Part shown: positions 6,648 through 15,364 of the stretch, piece by piece
How positions within the stretch are numbered: position 1 is the first letter of the stretch
Layout of the letters: each line of letters opens with the position of its first letter
UHGV virus genome: UHGV-0116366
Origin: a virus
Length of the DNA stretch: 31,811 bases
Reading direction: 5' to 3' (one strand)
The notes under the pieces: model-generated
Databases searched by the model: none
Told to the model about the DNA's origin: nothing
Seen by the model: only the letters and a program-made list of their open reading frames with translations
Program-made: the position numbers and the translations under genes

Positions 6648-8637
6648 GATTATCGTTGATAACTTTGCTGGTGGCGGTGGCGCATCAACGGGTATTGAAC
6701 TGGCAATCGGGCGCAGCGTGGATATTGCGATCAACCACGACGAAAACGCCATTGCGATGCACAAGACGAACCACCCGGACACACTGCATTATTGTGAATC
6801 CGTATTTGACGTGGATCCGGTAGCCGCCACCGGAGGTAATCCTGTCGGACTGGCATGGTTTAGCCCGGACTGCCGACACTTCTCGAAGGCAAAAGGCGCA
6901 AAGCCTGTGAAAAAAGAGATACGCGGTCTGGCCTGGATTGTTCTGCGTTGGGCACTGGCGAAGCGACCGCGCGTGATGATGCTGGAGAACGTGGAAGAGT
7001 TCAAAACGTGGGGACCGTTAATTGACATCCCGCCTAAACCTGATTTGCCGGAAGCCCTTTTGGCGGATTTTATTGGCCCGGTTTACCCTGGAAATAGTCG
7101 CCCAGACCCTGCCCGCACTGGAGAAACATTCAATGCATTTGTCGGCATGCTGTCCACTGGCATTCCTGCTGATCACCCGGCACTGGCTGAGGTTTGTGAG
7201 TTTCTGTCTATTGTAAGAGGTAGCGAGCAGGCGAAAAAGCTGGTGGATGGGCTCGGATATGATGTTGATTATCGTGAACTGCGCGCGTGTGATTACGGCG
7301 CGCCGACGATCCGCAAACGCTTCTTCATGGTTATGCGCTGCGATGGCTGCCCAATCCAGTGGCCTACTGTTACCCATGGGGATCCTAAGTCTCTGGAGGT
7401 GCAGAGCGGCAGGCTGATGCCATGGCGTACCGCTGCGGAATGTATCGACTGGAATGTTCCGGCCCTGTCCATCTTCGACCGCAAAAAACCGCTGGCGGAG
7501 AACACTTTGAAGCGGATCGCGCGCGGCATACAGCGCTTTGTTATCGAAAGTGCGTCGCCGTTTATCGTGAAGTGCAACCACACCACGACCAAAGGAAAAT
7601 ACGACTGTTTCCGTGGGCAGGAGTTGAGTGAGCCGCTGCAGACCATTACGAAAACCCATGGCTACGCGTTAGCCGTGCCACACCTGACAAAATTCCGCAC
7701 TGGCGCAACCGGGCAGCCCGTTACCGAGCCTGTCCCGACGGTAACCGCTGGCACATCAAAACGTCCAGGTGGGAATGGGCATGCACTCGGGATTGTTGAG
7801 GCTGCACTGACACCATTCCTGGCGGGTAATGGTGGTAGTGAATACCAGGCTAAACCACGCCCGCTGGATAAACCTGCTCATACCATTCTGAAGCAATCCC
7901 GCGCCTGTCTTGTTGCGCCAGTGATAGCCCGCCAGTTTGGGGCCAGCGTCGGCCATCGGGCAGACGAACCGAGCGCAACCATCACCGCTGGCGGTGGCGG
8001 TAAATCTCAACTGGTAACGCCTACGCTGATCCAGATGGGTTATGGCGAACGTCCAGGACAAGAACCGCGTGTGCTGCGACTGGATAACCCGCTGGGGACC
8101 GTTACTGCAGGTGGAAATAAATTCGCGACGGTGAGCGCGTTCCTGGCAAAACACTACGGCGGTAACTATACGGGGCCGGGTGTCAGTATGGATGAACCCG
8201 CGCACTCAGTGACCACTGTCGACCATCATGCAGTAGTTGCCTCTCATCTGGTGAAACTGCGAGGAACATGCCGCGACGGGCAGTGCCTTGATGTGCCCAT
8301 GCCAACAATCACCGCTGGTGGCCAACACGTGGGTGAGGTACGCACATTTCTCGAGACGTATTGCGGGGAAAGTGACGATGAATGGCTGGTAACGATCGAT
8401 GGGGTTAAATACCAGATCGTTGATATCGGAATGCGCATGTTGCAGCCGCATGAACTCTACAAAGCGCAGGGCTTCCCCGATGGATACGTTATTGATCAGG
8501 ACTACCGTGGAAATCGCTATGCAAAAGATAAGCAGGTAGCCCGCTGCGGTAATGCGGTACCACCACCATTCGCCAGGGCGCTGGTGGAGGCAAATCTTCC
8601 GGAACTGTGTGCAGTGCAACAGCAGGAGGTGGCATGA
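6640..8637 (+). CDS. DNA (cytosine-5) methyltransferase with unusually long variable region, possibly multispecific
   Basis: Motif I FAGGGG, PC-like motif FSPDCRHFS, motif VI MMLENV, motif VIII YGAPTIRKRFFMV, C-terminal CGNAVPPP. About 360 aa separate motif VIII from motif IX/X and contain four copies of a (T/V)(I/V)TAG(G/T) motif. Confidence 0.85.
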   Translation: MREIIVDNFAGGGGASTGIELAIGRSVDIAINHDENAIAMHKTNHPDTLHYCESVFDVDPVAATGGNPVGLAWFSPDCRHFSKAKGAKPVKKEIRGLAWIVLRWALAKRPRVMMLENVEEFKTWGPLIDIPPKPDLPEALLADFIGPVYPGNSRPDPARTGETFNAFVGMLSTGIPADHPALAEVCEFLSIVRGSEQAKKLVDGLGYDVDYRELRACDYGAPTIRKRFFMVMRCDGCPIQWPTVTHGDPKSLEVQSGRLMPWRTAAECIDWNVPALSIFDRKKPLAENTLKRIARGIQRFVIESASPFIVKCNHTTTKGKYDCFRGQELSEPLQTITKTHGYALAVPHLTKFRTGATGQPVTEPVPTVTAGTSKRPGGNGHALGIVEAALTPFLAGNGGSEYQAKPRPLDKPAHTILKQSRACLVAPVIARQFGASVGHRADEPSATITAGGGGKSQLVTPTLIQMGYGERPGQEPRVLRLDNPLGTVTAGGNKFATVSAFLAKHYGGNYTGPGVSMDEPAHSVTTVDHHAVVASHLVKLRGTCRDGQCLDVPMPTITAGGQHVGEVRTFLETYCGESDDEWLVTIDGVKYQIVDIGMRMLQPHELYKAQGFPDGYVIDQDYRGNRYAKDKQVARCGNAVPPPFARALVEANLPELCAVQQQEVA

Positions 8638-9020
8638 AACTTGTGCTCCCGTTCCCTCCAAGCGTGAACACTTACTGGCGCGCCCCTAATAAGGGGCCGC
8701 TGGCCGGTCGTCACCTCATTAGCGCTGATGGTCGTAAATACCAGAGCGCTGCCTGCGTGGCGATCATTGAGCAATTACGACGTCTCCCGAAGCCATCGAC
8801 TGAACTGGCAGCGGTAGAAATCACTCTGTACCCGCCGGATGCGCGCCGCCGGGATATCGATAATTACAACAAAGCCCTGTTTGACGCGCTGACGCATGCG
8901 GGTGTCTTGGAAGACGACAGCCAGATTAAGCGCATGCTGGTGGAATGGGGACCCGTAGTGCCGAAAGGTCGGGTAGAGATAACGATCAGCAGATATGAAC
9001 CGGCGGGTGCAGCCGCCTGA
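8634..9020 (+). CDS. rusA: Holliday junction resolvase RusA
   Basis: MKLVLPFPPSVNTYWR...DIDNYNKALFDALTHAGVLEDDSQI is the RusA signature. ATGA start/stop overlap with the MTase; AGGAGG RBS. Confidence 0.85.
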   Translation: MKLVLPFPPSVNTYWRAPNKGPLAGRHLISADGRKYQSAACVAIIEQLRRLPKPSTELAAVEITLYPPDARRRDIDNYNKALFDALTHAGVLEDDSQIKRMLVEWGPVVPKGRVEITISRYEPAGAAA

Positions 9021-9033
9021 TATGGAGAAAAGT

Positions 9034-9717
9034 ATGAGCCAGTTAGCAACAACAGCATTAACCATGTCCAGCAGCGATATTGCTGAGCTGGTGGAATCAC
9101 GACATGACCATGTTAAACGGTCCATTGAACGCCTGGCAGAGCGCGGTGTTATTGAACTCCCCCCAATGGGGGAAGTTAAAAATCACCTCAATCAGTCGGT
9201 ATCGGTTTATCTGATAGGGAAGCGGGACAGTTATATCGTTGTCGCGCAGCTGTCGCCGGAGTTTACCGCGCGTCTGGTTGATCGCTGGCAGGAGCTTGAG
9301 CAGGCACAGCAGCAGACGATTCCTCAATCATTCTCTGAAGCCCTACGTCTTGCAGCTGACCTTGCAGAACAAAAACAGCAGTTGACTAACGAACTTGCTG
9401 CCGCGGCGCCGAAGGTAGAGTTTGTTGATCGGTACTGTACAGCCAGTGGGTCAATGTCATTCCGCCAGGTGGCAAAACTGCTTAAGGCCAAAGAGCCAGA
9501 TCTGCGGTTATTCCTCCTTGAGAACGACATCATGTATCGCCTTGGCGGAACGATGACCCCACGGCATCAGCATATTGATGCAGGCCGTTTTGAAGTGAAA
9601 ACCGGCACATCCGTAACCTCAAATCATGCATTCAGCCAGGCACGTTTCACGGCGAAAGGCGTGCGCTGGATTGGTGGACTGTGGGCAGAACACATTGCCA
9701 GGGGGCAGGTCGCGTGA
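9034..9717 (+). CDS. phage antirepressor (Rha-like N-terminus, KilA-C/Ant-like C-terminus)
   Basis: LTMSSSDIAELVESRHDHVKRSIERL resembles the Rha-family N-terminal motif; start at 9034 chosen because of GGAGA RBS (the ORF is open from 8995). Confidence 0.65.
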   Translation: MSQLATTALTMSSSDIAELVESRHDHVKRSIERLAERGVIELPPMGEVKNHLNQSVSVYLIGKRDSYIVVAQLSPEFTARLVDRWQELEQAQQQTIPQSFSEALRLAADLAEQKQQLTNELAAAAPKVEFVDRYCTASGSMSFRQVAKLLKAKEPDLRLFLLENDIMYRLGGTMTPRHQHIDAGRFEVKTGTSVTSNHAFSQARFTAKGVRWIGGLWAEHIARGQVA

Positions 9718-10709
9718 GAGCTCTGCTTACCCCCGAGATCGCCCATCGTATGGGGATTGTGCTGTTCCGTCCCGGTGCGGAACTGATGCACCTCTTCATG
9801 CGTGGTCGCGTTCTGCTCGAGCCTGAACCAGAAGAAATGGCGTCTTTCAGTACCGGGGCTGTTCCGGCAGCCATTCAGCCGCTGGCTGATGATCCGGTAA
9901 TGCGTCAGGTCTTCGAGAATGAGAGGGTTATTCAGCGTGCCGGTGGGCTTCCTTCCCTTGAGCAATGGTTGAGTACCCGGTTTGATTGCCAGTGGCCACA
10001 TTCATCGTGGCACGATAAGAACTTCACAACAATGCGACACCCACCAGGAAGTATTCGCCTGTGCTGGCATTGCGATCACACTTTGTCGGGGCAGCATACC
10101 GAACAGCTTGCAGGTATAGCCGCAGGAAACCTGGTATCCTGGATTCTGGAAGTCATTCGGCGTGATTCTGGTTTTCCTGAGTCGCATATCCTGACGCTTC
10201 CGGAACTGTGCTGGTGGATGGTCAGAAACGACCTGGCTGATGTTATTCCGGAAAGCGTTGCGCACAAAGGGCTGCGCCTTCCGGATGAGAAGATCCGTTC
10301 TGTCATGAGGGAAAGCGACATAGTGCCTTCCTCGTCAGCAACCAGACTCGTGCAGGAGAAGGCGAAAAAGATCCTCACGCTTTCTGTTGATCCGGAGTCG
10401 CCAGAGTCTTTTATGCTCAGGCCAAAACGTCGCCGCTGGATAAATGAGACGTACACCCGCTGGGTTAAAACACAACTCTGTGAGTGTTGCCGACGGCCAG
10501 CAGATGATCCGCACCATATCGTAGGGCACGGTATGGGGGGAACAGCAACAAAAGCCCATGACCTCTTCGTGATCCCTCTGTGCAGAGAGTGCCACGACGA
10601 GTTACACGCCGATGTATCGGCATTCGAGCAGAAGCATGGTACGCAGCTTGAGCTGTTACTGCGTTTTATGGATCGGGCGCTGGCGATCGGCGTAATTGCG
10701 ACAGCTTAA
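9714..10709 (+). CDS. DUF968-like phage protein with C-terminal Cys/His zinc-binding (HNH-like) motif
   Basis: C-terminus CECCRRPADDPHHIVGHGMGG...KAHDLFVIPLCRECHDELH. Length and position (between antirepressor and Q) resemble Qin YdfU-type proteins. GTGA start/stop overlap with the upstream gene. Confidence 0.5.
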   Translation: MRALLTPEIAHRMGIVLFRPGAELMHLFMRGRVLLEPEPEEMASFSTGAVPAAIQPLADDPVMRQVFENERVIQRAGGLPSLEQWLSTRFDCQWPHSSWHDKNFTTMRHPPGSIRLCWHCDHTLSGQHTEQLAGIAAGNLVSWILEVIRRDSGFPESHILTLPELCWWMVRNDLADVIPESVAHKGLRLPDEKIRSVMRESDIVPSSSATRLVQEKAKKILTLSVDPESPESFMLRPKRRRWINETYTRWVKTQLCECCRRPADDPHHIVGHGMGGTATKAHDLFVIPLCRECHDELHADVSAFEQKHGTQLELLLRFMDRALAIGVIATA

Positions 10710-10726
10710 GTGTATGGAGAAAAGTA

Positions 10727-11089
10727 ATGCGTGATATTCAGATGGTTTTAGAACGCTGGGGGGGCTGGGCATCAGCTGATAATTCTGGCGTTGACTATTC
10801 CCATATTGCCGCTGGCTTCAAGGGACTTTTACCGCAGACAAGCAAAACCAGGTTGTCATGTACAGATGATGATGCGCTTATCATTGAAAGTTGCCTAGCA
10901 CGACTGAAAAGCCGAAAGCCATATGAGCATTCGCTTCTTGTCGCTCACTACCTTTACGGTATCTCGAAGAGGAAGATAGCAAAAGCGCGAAAGAAGGATG
11001 AGAAACTGATACGCATCGAGATACAGATGGCTGAGGGGTTTATAGATGGTTGTCTCTCAATGCTTGATGTTCGTCTAGATATGGACTAA
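10727..11089 (+). CDS. late-gene antiterminator Q (phage 82 / QuuD type)
   Basis: 120-aa protein beginning MRDIQMVLERWGGWA, characteristic of the small Q antiterminator family; GGAG RBS; located upstream of the lysis genes. Confidence 0.7.
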   Translation: MRDIQMVLERWGGWASADNSGVDYSHIAAGFKGLLPQTSKTRLSCTDDDALIIESCLARLKSRKPYEHSLLVAHYLYGISKRKIAKARKKDEKLIRIEIQMAEGFIDGCLSMLDVRLDMD

Positions 11090-11137
11090 TTATTTTTGAT
11101 AGAGGCATTGTTGTTAGTTAATGTCTCTATCTTTACT

Positions 11138-11383
11138 CTAACTAAGGCCAAGGTATGCCAATACTACAGCTGTAATAATGCCAATAACAATACTTTTTAT
11201 GTTTTCTAAAATGAAATTAATAATCCTGCGCCATATAGTAATTGGATTTTCTTTCTTATATATCAATTTGTTAGTCGGCGCTCCAGACTTGTTTTTTTCA
11301 GCGAAAATATCATCTGCACCATCAATGTCAGCAAGTGTGCTTGAAGATGTTTCATTTTCATTAAGGTGTATTTTTTTTTGCAT
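11138..11383 (-). CDS. hypothetical membrane-anchored small protein (AT-rich moron)
   Basis: 81-aa ORF antisense to the late operon with a C-terminal hydrophobic helix (IVIGIITAVVLAYLGL); strongly AT-rich codons. Confidence 0.45.
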   Translation of the reverse strand: MQKKIHLNENETSSSTLADIDGADDIFAEKNKSGAPTNKLIYKKENPITIWRRIINFILENIKSIVIGIITAVVLAYLGLS

Positions 11384-11412
11384 TCCTTATGACAAACATT
11401 GGTCTATTATAT

Positions 11413-11703
11413 TTATCCATACAATACACTCCTTATAAATATACTGCATTGTGAAGGTTTGAAATTTGGTATGTTTTTTGTTACTCGTCGCATGCTGTGT
11501 GCATTAAATTTATCAATGTTTTTATTGGCCTTTATGGTTTTGCAATTGTCAATTATATAAGGTGTCTCACTACTGTTGGTTGTATTTCCATTTAAAGTTA
11601 TGCTTTCAACATTATTTGCGATGAGAAATGGAGTATTCAGGTTTGAGGTATTATTATTAAAAACTACGTGACCACAGTTTTGTACGTAAAATATTGCATG
11701 CAT
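11413..11703 (-). CDS. hypothetical Asn/Thr-rich protein (AT-rich moron)
   Basis: 96-aa ORF upstream of and co-oriented with 11138-11383. A sigma70-like promoter on the minus strand (TTCTCA - 17 nt - TATACT) lies just upstream at about 11720-11750. Weak RBS. Confidence 0.35.
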   Translation of the reverse strand: MHAIFYVQNCGHVVFNNNTSNLNTPFLIANNVESITLNGNTTNSSETPYIIDNCKTIKANKNIDKFNAHSMRRVTKNIPNFKPSQCSIFIRSVLYG

Positions 11704-11812
11704 ATTAGTAACTCACGAAAGCATTAGTATACAAAGCAAGCATAACATTGAGAACACTCTACAGATTTTTAAGGAAAAAACAATCACGCGGTCCGCATTA
11801 CTTGGTGTATTG

Positions 11813-11829
11813 TGTTAAGAGTGGTCACT
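11813..11829. repeat. copy 1 of 17-bp motif TGTTAAGAGTGGTCACT
   Basis: 16/17 identical to 15348-15364 (TGTTAAGAGTGGTTACT); both lie just upstream of rightward late-gene blocks after antisense moron insertions. Confidence 0.5.
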
Positions 11830-11855
11830 TAGACGCGAACTTAAATATTTCAGAA

Positions 11856-11881
11856 CCTCGCCAATCGGCGGGGTTTTTTTC
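11856..11881 (+). terminator. rho-independent terminator (tR'-like) upstream of the lysis cassette
   Basis: cctcgccaatcggcgggg hairpin followed by tttttttc; lies downstream of Q and upstream of the holin, as expected for a Q-modifiable terminator. Confidence 0.5.
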
Positions 11882-11989
11882 ATTTCAGGCCCAGGTTAAA
11901 AACTGCAGATTAACCGTGATCACATGAGCTTGCGGCCTGAACCCTTTCCCCTCGTTTCTGAGAGGATTCACAGCAATTGAGGGGGACAG

Positions 11990-12376
11990 ATGTCCGAACC
12001 AATAACCGGCACAGGTTTAGCTGGTGGCGCTTTAACTGGGGCGAGTGTTTACGGACTGTTAACCGGAACAGATTATGGTGTGGTGTTTGGCGCGTTTGCC
12101 GGGGCTGTATTTTACATTGCAACGGCTGCGGACCTTAGCGCAGCACGTCGGCTGGCGTATTTTGTCGTGTCCTACATTGCCGGGATCATCTGCTCAGGGC
12201 TGGTTGGTTCAAAGCTGGCTGACTGGACTGGTTACAGTGATAAGCCTCTGGACGCTATCGGAGCCGTAATCGTTTCTGCTTTAGCTGTCAAAATCCTGAC
12301 GTTCCTGAATAACCAGGATGTCGGCTCGCTGGTGGCGCTGATAACGCGCCGGGGAGGTTCAGGTGGTACTAAATGA
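11990..12376 (+). CDS. holin-like membrane protein
   Basis: 128-aa Gly/Ala-rich protein with several hydrophobic helices, first gene of the lysis cassette. Confidence 0.55.
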   Translation: MSEPITGTGLAGGALTGASVYGLLTGTDYGVVFGAFAGAVFYIATAADLSAARRLAYFVVSYIAGIICSGLVGSKLADWTGYSDKPLDAIGAVIVSALAVKILTFLNNQDVGSLVALITRRGGSGGTK

Positions 12377-12644
12377 CCCATCGGCAACAATCAACGCGCT
12401 GCTTTGCGCTGGGGTAGTGTTGACCCTGATGTTTTACCGTCGTGGTGATTCCCGACATCGACCATGGGTGTCTCGCTTAGCGTGGCTGCTTACGGTCATC
12501 TACAGCGCTGTACCACTGGCCTATCTGTGCGGTATCTACCCTTATTCATCGTGGGCCACTATCGGGGCCAACATTATTTTCCTGTCTGTGCTGGTCTCCG
12601 TCAGAGGCAATGTGGCGCGGCTTATTGATGCTGTTTACAAATAA
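12363..12644 (+). CDS. holin/antiholin-like membrane protein
   Basis: 93-aa protein with 2-3 TM segments and charged C-terminus; GTG start preceded by GGGGAGG; overlaps the upstream gene. Confidence 0.5.
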   Translation: MVLNDPSATINALLCAGVVLTLMFYRRGDSRHRPWVSRLAWLLTVIYSAVPLAYLCGIYPYSSWATIGANIIFLSVLVSVRGNVARLIDAVYK

Positions 12645-12799
12645 AAAAGCGAGTCGCAACGACATCGCTACAACCCGCAAAGTAGATAGAATCATTAGGA
12701 TTTATCTTAAGTCTCATTGTGACTTAAATTAAATTGAATTTCATCATCTTAGGTGAATTCTAATCCCTACCATTAATAGTGGTTTAATCCGGTACACAT

Positions 12800-13414
12800 A
12801 TGAACCAATCACAATTTCAGCAGGCGGCTGGTATCAGCGCCAGGCTTTCTGCACGCTGGTTTCCGCACATTGATGCGGCAATGAAAGAGTTTGGTATTAC
12901 AGCAGTTAATGATCAGGCCATGTTCATTGCGCAAGTCGGGCATGAGTCTGCTGGCTTTACCTCGCTGGCAGAAAGTTTTAACTACTCGGTTGAAGGGCTG
13001 AAGAAAACCTTCGGTAAGCGCCTGACGCCGTATCAGTGTGAAATGCTGGGGCGTGTTGATGGTAAGCAGGTGGCCCACCAGCCGCAAATAGCCAATCTGG
13101 TTTACGGTGACCGCATGGGGAATAACAGCCAGGGGGACGGCTGGAAATATCGCGGTCGTGGCCTGCTTCAAATCACCGGCCGTGAGAACTACACCAAATG
13201 CGGTGCGGCACTGAAACTTGACCTTGTCAGTACGCCAGAATTGCTAACGCAGGAACGACATGCGGCCCGTTCGGCGGCGTGGTACTTCACGTTACGCGGT
13301 TGCCTGATGTATTCGGGTGACGTGGAACGTGTAACGCAGATTATTAACGGCGGGCAGAACGGCATTAAAGACCGCCGTGAACGTTACGCCAAAGCAAAAG
13401 CCGCACTGGTATGA
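12800..13414 (+). CDS. endolysin, glycoside hydrolase family 19 (chitinase-like)
   Basis: MFIAQVGHESAGF...YRGRGLLQITGRENY...INGG is the GH19 phage endolysin signature. Confidence 0.85.
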   Translation: MNQSQFQQAAGISARLSARWFPHIDAAMKEFGITAVNDQAMFIAQVGHESAGFTSLAESFNYSVEGLKKTFGKRLTPYQCEMLGRVDGKQVAHQPQIANLVYGDRMGNNSQGDGWKYRGRGLLQITGRENYTKCGAALKLDLVSTPELLTQERHAARSAAWYFTLRGCLMYSGDVERVTQIINGGQNGIKDRRERYAKAKAALV

Positions 13415-13421
13415 GGTCACT

Positions 13422-13691
13422 ATGGGACTTGAAATGATTATCGGCCTGGTTGTTGCTGTGCTGGCTGCAATTGCAGGTGCTTTTGGTCTGGGTAAATCAC
13501 GCGGTACTAACATCGCTGAGACAAAAGCGAACCAGCAACGCACTGAAGAACGTGCAGCAGCTACTGAGGCCGTTGCAGAACGCCGGGTAGAAACAACAAA
13601 AGGAGCCAGGGATGTACAGCAGACTGTTAATCATCTTCCTGATGACGATGTTGACCGCGAGTTGCGCGAAAACTTTACCCGCAAAACCTGA
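13422..13691 (+). CDS. i-spanin (Rz-like)
   Basis: N-terminal TM (MGLEMIIGLVVAVLAAIAGAF) followed by a charged, coiled-coil-like periplasmic domain, immediately after the endolysin. Confidence 0.7.
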   Translation: MGLEMIIGLVVAVLAAIAGAFGLGKSRGTNIAETKANQQRTEERAAATEAVAERRVETTKGARDVQQTVNHLPDDDVDRELRENFTRKT

Positions 13692-13860
13692 AGTAACGGA
13701 CACGGCCTGTGACTGGGTAAGCATCATCTACCTCACTGAGCACGATATTGCTGTGCTGGATAAGCAGACTAAGAAAGACATTCTAGCGCATAACAAAGCA
13801 TGGCAGTCAAATTGTGAAAATGCGACTGTGAGCCTTAATCCTATAATGACCACGAAATAG
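13612..13860 (+). CDS. o-spanin (Rz1-like lipoprotein), overlapping Rz out of frame
   Basis: Signal peptide with lipobox LTASC; starts inside Rz in another frame and extends beyond it. Confidence 0.65.
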   Translation: MYSRLLIIFLMTMLTASCAKTLPAKPEVTDTACDWVSIIYLTEHDIAVLDKQTKKDILAHNKAWQSNCENATVSLNPIMTTK

Positions 13861-13899
13861 AAAATTGCTATGTTGTATCTTTCAAATGAGGGGAGCAGC

Positions 13900-14136
13900 A
13901 TGAGCCAAGTTACATTAACTATTAGTGAACTTTATGAAATTGCAGAGCAGTATTATGGAAACGAACTCTACCGTATAGAAGTTTGCAACATTGGAATTAG
14001 GTTCGTGTGTTTGGATCGTAGCAAGGGCAATGAAGAGTACTCTGCATTTTTCCAGACTCCTTTAAAAAATCTGTCTATAAACTCACTTAGAGGCTTTCTC
14101 GATGCGGAAACACAGGAGGAAAGCATAAGCAATTGA
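13900..14136 (+). CDS. hypothetical small protein (AT-rich moron)
   Basis: Start at 13900 preferred (GAGGGGAG RBS); product MSQVTLTISELYEIAEQYYGNELYRIEV... has no recognisable family. Confidence 0.45.
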   Translation: MSQVTLTISELYEIAEQYYGNELYRIEVCNIGIRFVCLDRSKGNEEYSAFFQTPLKNLSINSLRGFLDAETQEESISN

Positions 14137-14296
14137 AGGGCAGGTCACCTTTGATGGTGTCATTTGCTTGAATTGTTTTAAAAATGCACAAGCCCGTTAC
14201 AGTGTGAATGTGGTATGCATTACTGCGGGTATTTGCTGAGTGCCTGTGTTAATGTTGCTGCTGTAATAATGAGATGGTTTGTAAAAAAGGAAGGGA

Positions 14297-14611
14297 TTGA
14301 AAATGATTTTCCAAAATATTCAGACGTACTACATTACCAGCGATAAACATAAGGTTATTCCGCGATATGTCCGATATGACGTAATTAAATTGGATGATAA
14401 TGCTTACATAGTAAATGTTATTGATGACCAACAAAGAGGTATCTCGCCCCCTTATAGTCTTGTTATGTTAGATAAAATTACAATTACTAAAGCTGAGTAT
14501 CTTGATAAGTACCAAATTGGTTCCTTTACTGGGGTTAGAACGCAAAGTCCTCCAACCTTTGAAGGATATATTACAGAACATCTTCAAGAGCATCGTAATC
14601 AGTTAGATTAA
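14297..14611 (+). CDS. hypothetical protein (AT-rich moron)
   Basis: 104-aa ORF with AAGGAAGGG RBS; followed by a terminator hairpin. Confidence 0.5.
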   Translation: MKMIFQNIQTYYITSDKHKVIPRYVRYDVIKLDDNAYIVNVIDDQQRGISPPYSLVMLDKITITKAEYLDKYQIGSFTGVRTQSPPTFEGYITEHLQEHRNQLD

Positions 14612-14624
14612 GTTCCGTATCAAC

Positions 14625-14668
14625 ATAAGCCACTGTTTTTCTATGGTGGCTTATGTGTGTTTTTATTT
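14625..14668 (+). terminator. terminator hairpin between convergent moron genes
   Basis: ataagccac ... gtggcttat inverted repeat followed by gtgtgttttta. Confidence 0.5.
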
Positions 14669-14678
14669 AGCTGTGCAT

Positions 14679-15047
14679 TCAAAGAAATATTTTATTGATT
14701 AATGCTTCTATAGATGGCCAGATGGATAAGGTATTTGCACCGATGCTAGTAAGTTTTTCAAGAAGGTCAACTTTTGACTCTTTCGTCGGCTCAATTTCAC
14801 TAATGGTAGCAAGTAATCGGTCATAACCTTTTTGACCTAACTCTTTTTCGCATACACTTTTGTTACTCTTGATTAAAAGTTGAGCTTGATAAATTAGTTC
14901 AAGCGTCTCCCTATTGCCGATCAGATTCTCATTAACTTTTGTATTAGGAGAATTCACTACTTCAATTGCTGTATCTATAACATCAACAGTGTTGTTATTC
15001 ACTTCGCAACCAATTGAGTCTTTAATAACAATACCTTTGAGAGCCAT
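14679..15047 (-). CDS. hypothetical protein, possible C-terminal part of a split HEAT-repeat protein
   Basis: ATG at 15047 preceded by GAGGT RBS; lies 9-20 nt downstream of the HEAT-repeat ORF in a different frame. Confidence 0.45.
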   Translation of the reverse strand: MALKGIVIKDSIGCEVNNNTVDVIDTAIEVVNSPNTKVNENLIGNRETLELIYQAQLLIKSNKSVCEKELGQKGYDRLLATISEIEPTKESKVDLLEKLTSIGANTLSIWPSIEALINKIFL

Positions 15048-15067
15048 GGCATACCTCACTAAAGATT

Positions 15068-15274
15068 TTATTTTCGACGATATAAACGACCAAGAGCAGT
15101 GACCGCAGCGACTTGAACATCAGAATTTGAGTCCTTCGTCATAGTTAACAACCGCGAAGCAATTTCACTAGTTGCTGTGGCACCCTCTCCGAGCGCTAAA
15201 GCAGCGGCAGTTTTAACTTTTACGTCACTATCTTTTGTCATGATTAACAAACGATTAGCAATTTCACTTAGCAT
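15068..15274 (-). CDS. small HEAT-like repeat protein
   Basis: Two ~30-aa internal repeats (EIANRLLIMTKDSDVKVKTAAALALGEG / EIASRLLTMTKDSNSDVQVAAVTALGRL) matching the D-x-x-V-(R/K)-x-x-A-A-x-A-L-G pattern of PBS-lyase HEAT-like repeats; strong GAGGAGGG RBS. Confidence 0.55.
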   Translation of the reverse strand: MLSEIANRLLIMTKDSDVKVKTAAALALGEGATATSEIASRLLTMTKDSNSDVQVAAVTALGRLYRRK

Positions 15275-15347
15275 GATCCCTCCTCATATAAATATCTCTA
15301 CACCATATGGCAACATATTTTGGTTAGCAATACATTGTTTTCAAACC

Positions 15348-15364
15348 TGTTAAGAGTGGTTACT
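15348..15364. repeat. copy 2 of 17-bp motif TGTTAAGAGTGGTTACT
   Basis: See 11813-11829. Confidence 0.5.

Noticed and set aside
7018-7659. 213-aa minus-strand ORF
   Set aside because: Antisense inside the C5-methyltransferase gene, which has all catalytic motifs on the plus strand; an artefact of GC-rich coding sequence.
8995-9033. Upstream start for the antirepressor (MNRRVQPPDMEKSMSQ...)
   Set aside because: Would overlap RusA by 26 nt without an RBS; the ATG at 9034 has a GGAGA Shine-Dalgarno at proper spacing.
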